Origin: an uncultured virus (IMG/VR IMGVR_UViG_3300023208_000399)
Taxonomy: Duplodnaviria > Heunggongvirae > Uroviricota > Caudoviricetes
Strand: one strand, 5' to 3'
Virus record (IMG/VR): IMGVR_UViG_3300023208_000399
DNA: 64,000 bases
The notes under the pieces were generated by a model. It worked only from the letters and a program-made list of their open reading frames with translations, ran no database searches and was not told the origin of the DNA. Shown here one piece after another: positions 56,265 through 64,000 of the stretch (its first letter is position 1; every line of letters starts with the position of its first letter). The translations under genes and the position numbers were made by a program.

Positions 56265-56729
56265 ATGGAAGCCTACCAGATCACCAGTCCGTTTCACCCG
56301 ACTCTCGCCACGACGCTTGATCTAATCAAGACGCTGCGGTCGCTCGACCCTTCCAATCCTGATCCCGCGATCTCGAAGCTGGCGAAAGCCGTCTACCCCG
56401 AGATTGGAGACGGCGTTTGGAAGACGGTCATCGTCAGCGACGACCGCTTCGACCTCGAAGAACCGTTTCGAGGCGTCACCCGTGCGAAGTTCAACAATGG
56501 CGTCGTCACCGTCCACCACGGCTACTTCACGGATTTCTTCTTCAAAGGTCCATGGTTCGAAGTTCGCGTGATCCAGCGGGACTACGAACGCTTTCGCGCA
56601 TTCACCGGACCCTACGGCGATGAAGACTGGTCCTTTGATATCGAGATCGTTAGGGGCAAGGACACCCGCCGCTATCTTGATTGGGCCAAGCGCACCGGAA
56701 CCATTCTCAAACTTTTTGGAGAACGATGA
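56265..56729 (+). CDS. Hypothetical protein
   Basis: GGAGG RBS; operonic. Confidence 0.65.
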   Translation: MEAYQITSPFHPTLATTLDLIKTLRSLDPSNPDPAISKLAKAVYPEIGDGVWKTVIVSDDRFDLEEPFRGVTRAKFNNGVVTVHHGYFTDFFFKGPWFEVRVIQRDYERFRAFTGPYGDEDWSFDIEIVRGKDTRRYLDWAKRTGTILKLFGER

Positions 56730-57136
56730 TGGAAGCCCAAGCCCTTGCGGCCAAGATCGCGGTGATCGCGACGCGGCATGACTGCCCGCACACCATCCAA
56801 GCCGAACTCCTGAAACTCGTGATCGAAGCGACCACGCGACAAGGCGCGGAGGAAGGTTCGGTTCGGTCGTCCGTCACTCTGGAAATCAAGAACGCCCGTG
56901 ACAAGGGAATGACGATCAGTGAGGTGGCCGAACTTCTGTCGCTGACGCCCCGTCAGGTCCGTCAGAACTGGCCGCATCGCGCAAGGATGACGGACGACAT
57001 CATCCTGAAAATCTTTATGCTCTCTGACGAGGGCCGGAAGAATAAGCATGTCGCCGCCGAACTCGGGTTGGCCGACACGACGGTCAGCAAAGTCCTGCAC
57101 GGCAACCACCCTCTTATTGAGCGGGGAGGAAAGTGA
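56726..57136 (+). CDS. Double-HTH DNA-binding protein
   Basis: MTISEVAELLSLTPRQV and KHVAAELGLADTTVSKVL. Confidence 0.7.
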   Translation: MMEAQALAAKIAVIATRHDCPHTIQAELLKLVIEATTRQGAEEGSVRSSVTLEIKNARDKGMTISEVAELLSLTPRQVRQNWPHRARMTDDIILKIFMLSDEGRKNKHVAAELGLADTTVSKVLHGNHPLIERGGK

Positions 57137-57519
57137 TGAAGGACGGCTTCTACGACACGCAGGGCTGGCTGGAGGCCCGCATCAATCTGGCATTTGCCGA
57201 TGCGACGACTTCCAGCGATCCGACCAGTCCAAACTATCCGTCTCTCATGATCGACAATATCGAGACCGCCCGCCAATGGATGGCCGAGATTGCGAAGGAC
57301 ACGTCGCCATCGACTTTGATCGAGTTCGTGACCGATGATGATGAACTGATCCAAGAGGCTTTTGACTGGCTGAACGCGAATGATCCGCCATCGACCATGC
57401 GGACCTTCAATCTCGCCTATCCCCACACGAACCTGCTTTATTTCGTGGTCCGCATCCGCAAGAAGGAGGCCGCTACGCTGTTCAAGATGTTTTTCTCCGA
57501 GCGCGTGATCGCTACCTAA
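57133..57519 (+). CDS. Hypothetical phage protein
   Basis: Coupled; C-terminal A.LFKMFF motif. Confidence 0.6.
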   Translation: MMKDGFYDTQGWLEARINLAFADATTSSDPTSPNYPSLMIDNIETARQWMAEIAKDTSPSTLIEFVTDDDELIQEAFDWLNANDPPSTMRTFNLAYPHTNLLYFVVRIRKKEAATLFKMFFSERVIAT

Positions 57520-59270
57520 ATCATCCGCCTTCCGGCGCCGCGCGCGCGTCCTTTGGTATTCAATAGCGGGCTGATGGTCGTGCCCGCAAAGAAGCGTTTC
57601 TCGAACTCGCGATCCAGCTTCTTGCGATGCTCGGCCTCGGCCTGTGCGGCGTCCACGGCCATGTGCTGCTTCCAGTAATCGACAGCCAAGGCCAGCACGT
57701 CGATCCGGTCGTCATGCTTCAAGGCTCCGCGCTGGGCGGTCATGTGGGTCATCTGGAATACGCCAGATTTAATCCGGTCTGCACCGGCGAGGTCCAGTTT
57801 CAGAACTTCTCTGTCGATGACGAGTCGGTGTTGCTTCATGACCGGCTCCAGTGCGCCGACGATCCGCTTCTCTTTCATGCCGTGGACTTTCACCCCCTCG
57901 ATGCCGCACCGCCATTTCGACGTGTGCTTGGCGATCAGGATCGGGGTCAGCAGACGGCGGAACATGCCGTCCGAGAAGTTGTCCTCGACGATGACGGCGC
58001 GGACTTCCTGTTCGGCCGCAATGCTCGCCAGCTTCCCGAGCGTTTCGGGCGAACCGCCGTCACCGGCGACGCCGCCCCATTTGGTGACGAAGACCTTGCC
58101 GTTGAGGAACTTGGTGACGACGAAGGCCGTCTCGTCCGCACCCGTGCCCGAGGGGTCGATGTGCATGACGGCGCCGGTGTAGTCGGCCCAATGTTCGGAG
58201 ACGTTGAAGGGTGAGAAGAACCTGTCGCCGGTGAAGCCGACGTTCGGGAGCATCACGTCTTTGATCTGCTTGTCGTCGGCGGACGTGTAGGAGAGTGCGA
58301 CCGGCGCCCGACTCTTATCTACGTTCATGACGATGAGGTCGGAGGTCTTGAGCGGGAACCGCTCGGCGTCGGACAGGCTCGTGTCCAACATCATCTGCAA
58401 CATGAACTCGGCCGCCGTGCCGTCCATCTCGCTTTCGAGCAGCTTGGCGTCGGTGAAGCGGTCGGGGTCGGTCGGGGCGCCGCCCAACAGCGAGAGGCCG
58501 GTCGGATCGCAGAGCGTCCCGCACTTTTCGATGTCCGCGCGCAGCAGCGGCGCGAGGGTGTCGCCGTAGTTCGGTAGCTTGGATTTCAGGGGGTAGCGAG
58601 CGGGCCAGACCCGGATGTCATAGCCGCGTTTCGGAAGGTCGTTGTAGATGGACTCTTCGGTCTGCGGCGTTCCGAGGTAGATGATCTCTGACGTGTCGAG
58701 CGGCTTGATGATCTTGCCGAACTCGGACGTGGCGTGGCGCAGCTTGTCGCGCTGGTCTTCGGTCGCGGAGTTGCGTTGGTTCTCAACGTCGTCGCCGATC
58801 AGGATGTCGGCGCGGTTGCCCGCAAGCTGGCCGGTGATGCCGAGGCATTTGACGGATGGCTGCTTGTTCGACTTGGCCGGGCCGACATCGAACGCGAGCG
58901 TCGAGGATCGCTGATCGCGGCCGGGGCGCAGTTCGGCCCATAGCTGATCGCCCGCCTCGTGGAAGATGATCGACTTGATGAGGTTGGCGTTGTCGGCGGC
59001 GCCGCTCTCGCCAGCCGAGACGATAAGAACGGTCTTCTGCGGGTCGCGCCACAGGCACCAGACGACATAGGCGCAGGTGATGAATGACTTGCCGATGCCG
59101 CGCAGGGCTTCGATGGCGCGGCGGGTCGGGCCGTTCTCAAGATAGCGGGCGATGTCTTCTTGGATGCGGGTCGGCTTCGGGAGGCCGAGGACGTATCGCC
59201 AGACGTAGCGGACGAAGTTGATGAAGGACCGCTGGAGCTTTTCGCGCGGCGTTTCGGAGCGTTGTTTCAA
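57516..59270 (-). CDS. terL: Terminase large subunit, T7 gp19-like
   Basis: ALRGIGKSFITCAYV.W, G.RAD..I.DDVE, YLGTPQ, IDPSG.G.DET, KE.RI...LEPV, HDDR.D. Confidence 0.93.
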   Translation of the reverse strand: MKQRSETPREKLQRSFINFVRYVWRYVLGLPKPTRIQEDIARYLENGPTRRAIEALRGIGKSFITCAYVVWCLWRDPQKTVLIVSAGESGAADNANLIKSIIFHEAGDQLWAELRPGRDQRSSTLAFDVGPAKSNKQPSVKCLGITGQLAGNRADILIGDDVENQRNSATEDQRDKLRHATSEFGKIIKPLDTSEIIYLGTPQTEESIYNDLPKRGYDIRVWPARYPLKSKLPNYGDTLAPLLRADIEKCGTLCDPTGLSLLGGAPTDPDRFTDAKLLESEMDGTAAEFMLQMMLDTSLSDAERFPLKTSDLIVMNVDKSRAPVALSYTSADDKQIKDVMLPNVGFTGDRFFSPFNVSEHWADYTGAVMHIDPSGTGADETAFVVTKFLNGKVFVTKWGGVAGDGGSPETLGKLASIAAEQEVRAVIVEDNFSDGMFRRLLTPILIAKHTSKWRCGIEGVKVHGMKEKRIVGALEPVMKQHRLVIDREVLKLDLAGADRIKSGVFQMTHMTAQRGALKHDDRIDVLALAVDYWKQHMAVDAAQAEAEHRKKLDREFEKRFFAGTTISPLLNTKGRARGAGRRMI

Positions 59271-59336
59271 TCAGTCATGGCATGACCCAGCCGTCCGCCG
59301 GTGAAGGCGAGCGGTCGGTCAGCGTGGGGCTTTGTG

Positions 59337-59615
59337 TTATTGGGGCGTCATCCCCGACAGAACCTCGTCGTCGAGGTCGAGGTCAGCGAGTTTGGCCGTG
59401 AGGTCGTCGAGACGCGGCGAGGTCGCCGAGGCGGCGACGCCGTTGTCCTTCAGGAACTTGATGGCTTGCGAGATCAGTTGAGGTGAGATCGCCTTGCCGG
59501 GGTCTCCGGGGTTCTCTTCGGCGCGGATACATGCGCGGGAGAGTTCGTTCGTTAGCAGCATGGCGACGGTGGCGTGAAGCTGATCCAACGCCTTGTCAGA
59601 AGCGCGCTCGCTCAT
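59337..59615 (-). CDS. terS: Terminase small subunit, T7 gp18-like
   Basis: LDQLH..VA...AIKFLKDNGV motif upstream of terL. Confidence 0.8.
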   Translation of the reverse strand: MSERASDKALDQLHATVAMLLTNELSRACIRAEENPGDPGKAISPQLISQAIKFLKDNGVAASATSPRLDDLTAKLADLDLDDEVLSGMTPQ

Positions 59616-59839
59616 GACTTGAACAGGTCCACGAGGAAGCCCGCCAGACCGCCGACTGTGGCGGCGGCGCCCATGATCCAGAACTTGGCGTTCTCAAGAG
59701 ATCGGGTCCGGGTTTCCAGACCGTCGTGCTTGCTCTGCAAGTTCTCCATGAACTTGATGTAGGTGGCCAACTGGCCTTTGATTTCGCCGAGGATCAGCAC
59801 CAAGGCTGGGTCGGAGTTCGGTGTTTGATGGGGGTCCAT
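59612..59839 (-). CDS. Holin-like protein (coiled coil + C-terminal TM)
   Basis: LGEIKG...RSLEN + hydrophobic tail; between the fibre and terS as in T7-like gene order. Confidence 0.55.
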   Translation of the reverse strand: MDPHQTPNSDPALVLILGEIKGQLATYIKFMENLQSKHDGLETRTRSLENAKFWIMGAAATVGGLAGFLVDLFKS

Positions 59840-59865
59840 TAGACCTTTCGATTGTGGGTGGGAGG

Positions 59866-60330
59866 TTAGATTTGATCGCCAGCGGTGTATTGGAAATCGA
59901 GGGTTAGATCGTAGGTCTGACCGCCGACGACGACCGAGCAGTAGGCTTGGCCGAAGGTCTGATAGGTGTAGCCGTTGGTGTTGTAGGTCGGGCCGTAGAA
60001 GATGGCTGTCGAACCAGTCCCCGAGACATCGCCGCCCCATGAGTATGAAGTCGGCGCGAGATACGGAGAGACCGAAATCCCGAATGTGATCTTGTCATAT
60101 TGCTGCTCGTTCCATTGGCCCCAGTTCGTTCGGACCTGTTCGGATGACTGGATGATGAGACGAACGGTTCGAGCCGATTTGCCCCAGAAGTCATTCGGCA
60201 AGGTGACATCGCCGGAGGATCGACCCGCCAAGGCGCGAACGCGGCTGTCGGTCAACGACAGTTCGCCGGTGATGCCGAGTTCGGTTTTGATCTGGTCGAT
60301 GGTGATCGAGCCGGAAGATGGGAGGGCCAT
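59866..60330 (-). CDS. Tail fibre-associated adhesin-like protein
   Basis: MALPSSGSI...DFWGKS N-terminus; directly follows the chaperone-bearing fibre. Confidence 0.6.
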   Translation of the reverse strand: MALPSSGSITIDQIKTELGITGELSLTDSRVRALAGRSSGDVTLPNDFWGKSARTVRLIIQSSEQVRTNWGQWNEQQYDKITFGISVSPYLAPTSYSWGGDVSGTGSTAIFYGPTYNTNGYTYQTFGQAYCSVVVGGQTYDLTLDFQYTAGDQI

Positions 60331-62897
60331 CAGACCCTCCCTTCCAAGAGCGCGACGCGAGCGTTCGTCTCCTTCAAAGCCTCGACGAGCAGCGCGACGA
60401 CAGGGCCGTATTCGACGCCCTTCATCCCCTCCACGTCCTCGGTCACGAGAGCCGGAAGCACCCGTTCGAACTCTTGGGCGATGAAACCCATGCCCGCCGA
60501 TCCGTCACGCTTCCAATCGAAGGTCACGCCCGACAGGGCCGCGACCTTCTCCGTAGCGTCGGTGATCGGAGCAATGTTCGTCTTGAGGCGCCTATCGGAT
60601 TCGCCGACGACCGTGTTCGCGCGGACCTGTGCCTGACAGTAGAGGTTCTTGCCGTTGTAGACGCGAACCCAATCGTTGTCGGACATGTGGAAGCCGCCGC
60701 CGTGGTTCTCCCAATAGATGCCGTTGCCGGAGCCTCTGACTCGGAACCATCCGTTGTTCGCGCTGTAGATTTGACCCCCGAAATAGGCGTCGTTGTTGTC
60801 GAGGTTGATTTCCAGCGGCCACCCGCTGCCGGTGCTTTCCCACCCTGTGGCATTCGTGCCCGAGCCTCGGAGGACGTAGAAGCGGTTGCTGTTGACGTGG
60901 ATCATCGCAGAGCGGTGATCGCTATCTTGAAACGTGATCGTCGGGGCGCCCGAACGGATAAAGACACCGCCGTCCACGTCGCAGTTGCCGAGGGCGTTGA
61001 TGCCGTTGTCGTGGATTTTCAGCTTCGTGACCTTGGCCTTTTGAAGCCAGAGTTCGTTGCCGTCCGACGAGATACGGTTGACCCCAAGGTTGCCGAAGTT
61101 CCCCTTATCGCCCTGCTGGCCGATGTAGAGCCAAGCGTCAGACCCCATGAAGAGTGACCGGGCCGCGACACCCTTCCAGTGGAAGGTGAGAGCCGGGGCG
61201 TAGGCATGGCCGCTCTGGGTGTTGGCGACGTTTTGAACCTCTTGGATTTCGATCCCGCCGTTCCAGACGTCCACCGTGGCGGTCTGTGAATAGGCGTGAA
61301 GTCGGCCGGTGAAGAACCCACCGCCGTCACCGTTGCGACGAACGACAGTGTAGGCCCCGCCATCCATGTTCGTGTCGGTCCAGCTAACCTTGCTGGATGG
61401 CGTGAAGTTGAACCCGGTCCAGACAGGCTGCGAAGCGGCCCCGTTCGACCAACCCCCGACCTTCAGTTGGTTGTCGGTATCGAGACCGAAGTAGGCTCCG
61501 AAACTACCGCTGCGGTGGAAGGCGATCATGGCCGCGCCGCCGCCGTCATTGAAGACTTCCAGAACCCGGTCGCCGAAGTTGGCGGCGTTATTTCCTGATC
61601 CTGATCGGAACTGCGTCAGGCCGGTCATGGTGTTGCCACCGGCTTTCCATGCGTAGTTGCCGGGATTGAGGTTTGCGGAATCCCACGGCGTCGCCCCGGC
61701 GAAGGACGGGCGACGGTTCATGAAGATGTCCTTGAAGCCGTCGATGGCGAGGGTCGAAGTGTTTGCGCCATCGACGCCATAGATCAGCGTGTGACCCGGC
61801 CTTGTGGCGTGATCCTTGCCATGCAGAACGATGACGGCGCCGGTGTCCGTCCAGCCCTGACCGCCCGTGAGAACCCAAGCCGCCGAGTTGCTGTCACGAC
61901 GCAGGTAGGGGTCCGAGCCGGTCATCGTCAGACTGTCTTTGACGTTGATCCCGCCGTTCATGGTCTGCTTGACCGTGAAGGTGTTGGTCGCCGTCAGACC
62001 GGCCTTGGCGTCCAACGCCGATTGCAGCCCGGAGACGTTGGCGATGTTGGTCGGGAAATAGGCCGGTTTGTCGGCGATGGCGGACCAAGGGGGCGTCGTG
62101 TCGGCCATGGCCCTATAGCTGGACTCCGAAGTCTTGGACCCGCCGAGGAATGACCAGAACACGCCGTCCGACGTGACGACGGTGGAGCCGATGCGGACTT
62201 CCGACTGCTGTGTCGATGTCAGCGACGCGATGGTCGATGACGCCACGATGGGGGCTTGGAAAACCGTCGAGGGCAGACGCGCCGGATCGAGCGTCCCGAC
62301 CAGACGGGTTGCCGCGAGCGTGTCGGATTTCTTGTCGTAAAGGGTCGGATCGAATGTCGCCGCCAGCGTGGCCGAGGCTGCGGCAGCGGTCGCCTTCTGC
62401 GACGCAAGGGCGGCGTTGTCCGCCACCTGTTCAGCGAGGTCTTCCACGACGGCGCGATCCGCCGAGGTGGACTGTCCCGAGCCTTGCGCGAGTTCGGCCC
62501 AATAGCGGGCATTCGCCTCGCTCGTGCCCGCGTGATTGCGATGTTGCTGTGCGAGATCGCGCGCTTCGACCGCCGCGCCGCGCGCCGCTTCCGAAAGGAT
62601 ACGCTGCGCGTCGGCACGGTTGGCGTGATCGTTTGCCAGATCGCGCGCGAGTTCAGTCGCGACCTTGGCGGCGGCGGATTGCGCCGCCGGGCCGGAGGTC
62701 ATGTCGTTGAACGATGCGGGCGACGGCACGAGGATTTCTTGGCCGCCCAAATCCACAAAGGGATAGCGACCGTCATTGTTGGGTCCGCCGGTCGCGGACC
62801 CACCCAGCCAAGCAGAGACGGCTTTCGTCTGCTGCTCCGATTTGACGATTAGGTCTTCAATCTGCTGGGCGAGAGTGGTGATCGTCAGCCCGCTCAT
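60330..62897 (-). CDS. Tail fibre with C-terminal intramolecular chaperone (peptidase S74)
   Basis: SDRRLKTNI...GFIAQE...LLVEALKE. Confidence 0.9.
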   Translation of the reverse strand: MSGLTITTLAQQIEDLIVKSEQQTKAVSAWLGGSATGGPNNDGRYPFVDLGGQEILVPSPASFNDMTSGPAAQSAAAKVATELARDLANDHANRADAQRILSEAARGAAVEARDLAQQHRNHAGTSEANARYWAELAQGSGQSTSADRAVVEDLAEQVADNAALASQKATAAAASATLAATFDPTLYDKKSDTLAATRLVGTLDPARLPSTVFQAPIVASSTIASLTSTQQSEVRIGSTVVTSDGVFWSFLGGSKTSESSYRAMADTTPPWSAIADKPAYFPTNIANVSGLQSALDAKAGLTATNTFTVKQTMNGGINVKDSLTMTGSDPYLRRDSNSAAWVLTGGQGWTDTGAVIVLHGKDHATRPGHTLIYGVDGANTSTLAIDGFKDIFMNRRPSFAGATPWDSANLNPGNYAWKAGGNTMTGLTQFRSGSGNNAANFGDRVLEVFNDGGGAAMIAFHRSGSFGAYFGLDTDNQLKVGGWSNGAASQPVWTGFNFTPSSKVSWTDTNMDGGAYTVVRRNGDGGGFFTGRLHAYSQTATVDVWNGGIEIQEVQNVANTQSGHAYAPALTFHWKGVAARSLFMGSDAWLYIGQQGDKGNFGNLGVNRISSDGNELWLQKAKVTKLKIHDNGINALGNCDVDGGVFIRSGAPTITFQDSDHRSAMIHVNSNRFYVLRGSGTNATGWESTGSGWPLEINLDNNDAYFGGQIYSANNGWFRVRGSGNGIYWENHGGGFHMSDNDWVRVYNGKNLYCQAQVRANTVVGESDRRLKTNIAPITDATEKVAALSGVTFDWKRDGSAGMGFIAQEFERVLPALVTEDVEGMKGVEYGPVVALLVEALKETNARVALLEGRV

Positions 62898-62903
62898 TCG
62901 ACC

Positions 62904-63125
62904 TTACTCCGTGTCGGGAGCCGGAGCGGTTTCGACCGGAGCCGCCGGTTCAGGCGTTGCGAGTTGGTAGCCGAGTTCGGCGCCTTGAAGGGCTGCGCGG
63001 ACATTCGACAGGGCGATCTTCGTGGTTTCGACCTGCGACATGAGGTGGCCGAGGGAAGCCAGAAGCGATTGCTCCTGCGCCGCGAGGGTCTGGTGCTGCT
63101 GTGCAGCGGAAGGCGTTTGGGACAT
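62904..63125 (-). CDS. Small coiled-coil protein
   Basis: AGGAG RBS; CTAAATA motif upstream. Confidence 0.6.
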   Translation of the reverse strand: MSQTPSAAQQHQTLAAQEQSLLASLGHLMSQVETTKIALSNVRAALQGAELGYQLATPEPAAPVETAPAPDTE

Positions 63126-63194
63126 GCGTCTCCTGTGATCGTTTGAGGGTCTTGTATTTAGATGTGGGACCGGCCGGTTAAGGCCGGTCACTCG

Positions 63195-64000
63195 TCAGGC
63201 CATGATGGGTTCGATGCCGCCACCGCCGCCGCCGCCGGGGTCAGGGTCGTAGCCCCCACCGCCGCCGCCACCGCCAGATGAACCGCCTCCTGATCCAACG
63301 CCGCCGCCGGAGCCGGAGCCGCCGCCGAGGGTCGAGGTGTTGTTCTTCATCTCCGTGACCTTGCCGTAGCGGGCGGTCACGATCTGGGTGGACATGCCGG
63401 AACTGAAGTAGATTTGGACGTAATAGTGCCAGTTGCCAGCCTCACCCGGACGGTCGAGGAACTTCATCGGCAGGGCGCCTTGCCATGTATCGTTCGCCAT
63501 GCCGGAGCCGTTCAGTTGGACGGACTGGATGACGGTTCCGCCATCGGTCCCGCGCGACCGGACAAGCTGCACGACGGCCACGAACGACCCGCTCGCATTG
63601 TGGGTGAATGTCCCATAGGCGTTGAAGTCGATGTCGATGGGGCTGTCGGCTTTTTCGACGCCGATCCAGACGCCGTGAATGCGCGTCGGCGTGGTGTTGT
63701 TGAGGGTGACGGTCCCGCCGTTGTAGGCCGCTTCGACGCCAGTGACAGTGTTGTTGACCAGACGGGAGTTGTTGATTGAGCCGGTGACGAGCAGGTCGCC
63801 GAAGATTTCGACGTTCGAGTTGAAGCGGACCTTGTTCGCGACGACGGACATGATCTTGACCGGCGAGCCGCCGTTCGGCGCGACGAAACCGACTTCATCT
63901 GCCACGAACGAGAGCGACCCGAAGGAGCCGTTGTTCTGGGCCGTAATCCCGGTGATGTGGCCGTTGGAGTTGAGGGCGACGCTCCATCGGAGATTCAGGC
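63195..64000 (-). CDS. Tail tip/fibre protein C-terminal part (DUF1983-like), 5'-truncated by the window
   Basis: Frame open to the window edge: WSVALNSNGHITGI...FVADEV. Confidence 0.75.
   Translation of the reverse strand, partial: LNLRWSVALNSNGHITGITAQNNGSFGSLSFVADEVGFVAPNGGSPVKIMSVVANKVRFNSNVEIFGDLLVTGSINNSRLVNNTVTGVEAAYNGGTVTLNNTTPTRIHGVWIGVEKADSPIDIDFNAYGTFTHNASGSFVAVVQLVRSRGTDGGTVIQSVQLNGSGMANDTWQGALPMKFLDRPGEAGNWHYYVQIYFSSGMSTQIVTARYGKVTEMKNNTSTLGGGSGSGGGVGSGGGSSGGGGGGGGYDPDPGGGGGGGIEPIMA

Larger units (their letters stand above)
42231..64000. mobile_element. Element 2: integrated phage with T7-like terminase, partial (continues beyond the window)
   Basis: Arm-repeat array after the tRNA core; ArdC, small early genes, TerL/TerS of T7 type, tail genes. 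Confidence 0.8.

Noticed and set aside
60600..60800. Functional shufflon or invertible fibre cassette
   Set aside because: No invertase, inverted crossover sites or alternative C-termini seen
63215..63330. CCG-rich repeat as a non-coding element
   Set aside because: Encodes the Gly-rich C-terminus of the tail protein

Overview
The window is GC-rich alphaproteobacterial DNA. A Caulobacteraceae host such as Brevundimonas is my inference from a CtrA box, EcfG-type promoters and gene style. It holds two integrated phages in tandem. Prophage 1 (1 to ~42230) looks complete and lambdoid/HK97-like. It has a P4-type tyrosine integrase, a lysis cassette, a siphovirus tail, an HK97 head, terminase and HNH, a NusG-family antiterminator, a replication module with iterons, a cro/cI switch with five operators, a mosaic early-left operon, an excisionase and an att core matching a tRNA 3' end (CCCTCCGTCTCCGCCA). 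Element 2 starts right after that core with an array of TGGCACGG arm-type repeats and runs off the window. It looks like a circularly permuted temperate phage with a T7-like terminase, ArdC, YciF, a tail fibre and a DUF1983-type tail protein. The most unusual signals are: (i) two copies of a three-hairpin leader RNA with complementary, co-varying 7-nt loops behind a GACTAAATA motif; (ii) four paralogues of an unknown ~72-aa protein clustered around a lone receiver domain and an XRE regulator; (iii) an early operon built from identical DNA linker blocks that flank unrelated variable segments; and (iv) a ~330-nt structured, possibly switchable late leader behind the NusG paralogue. All family calls come from motif recognition by eye; no database searches were run.
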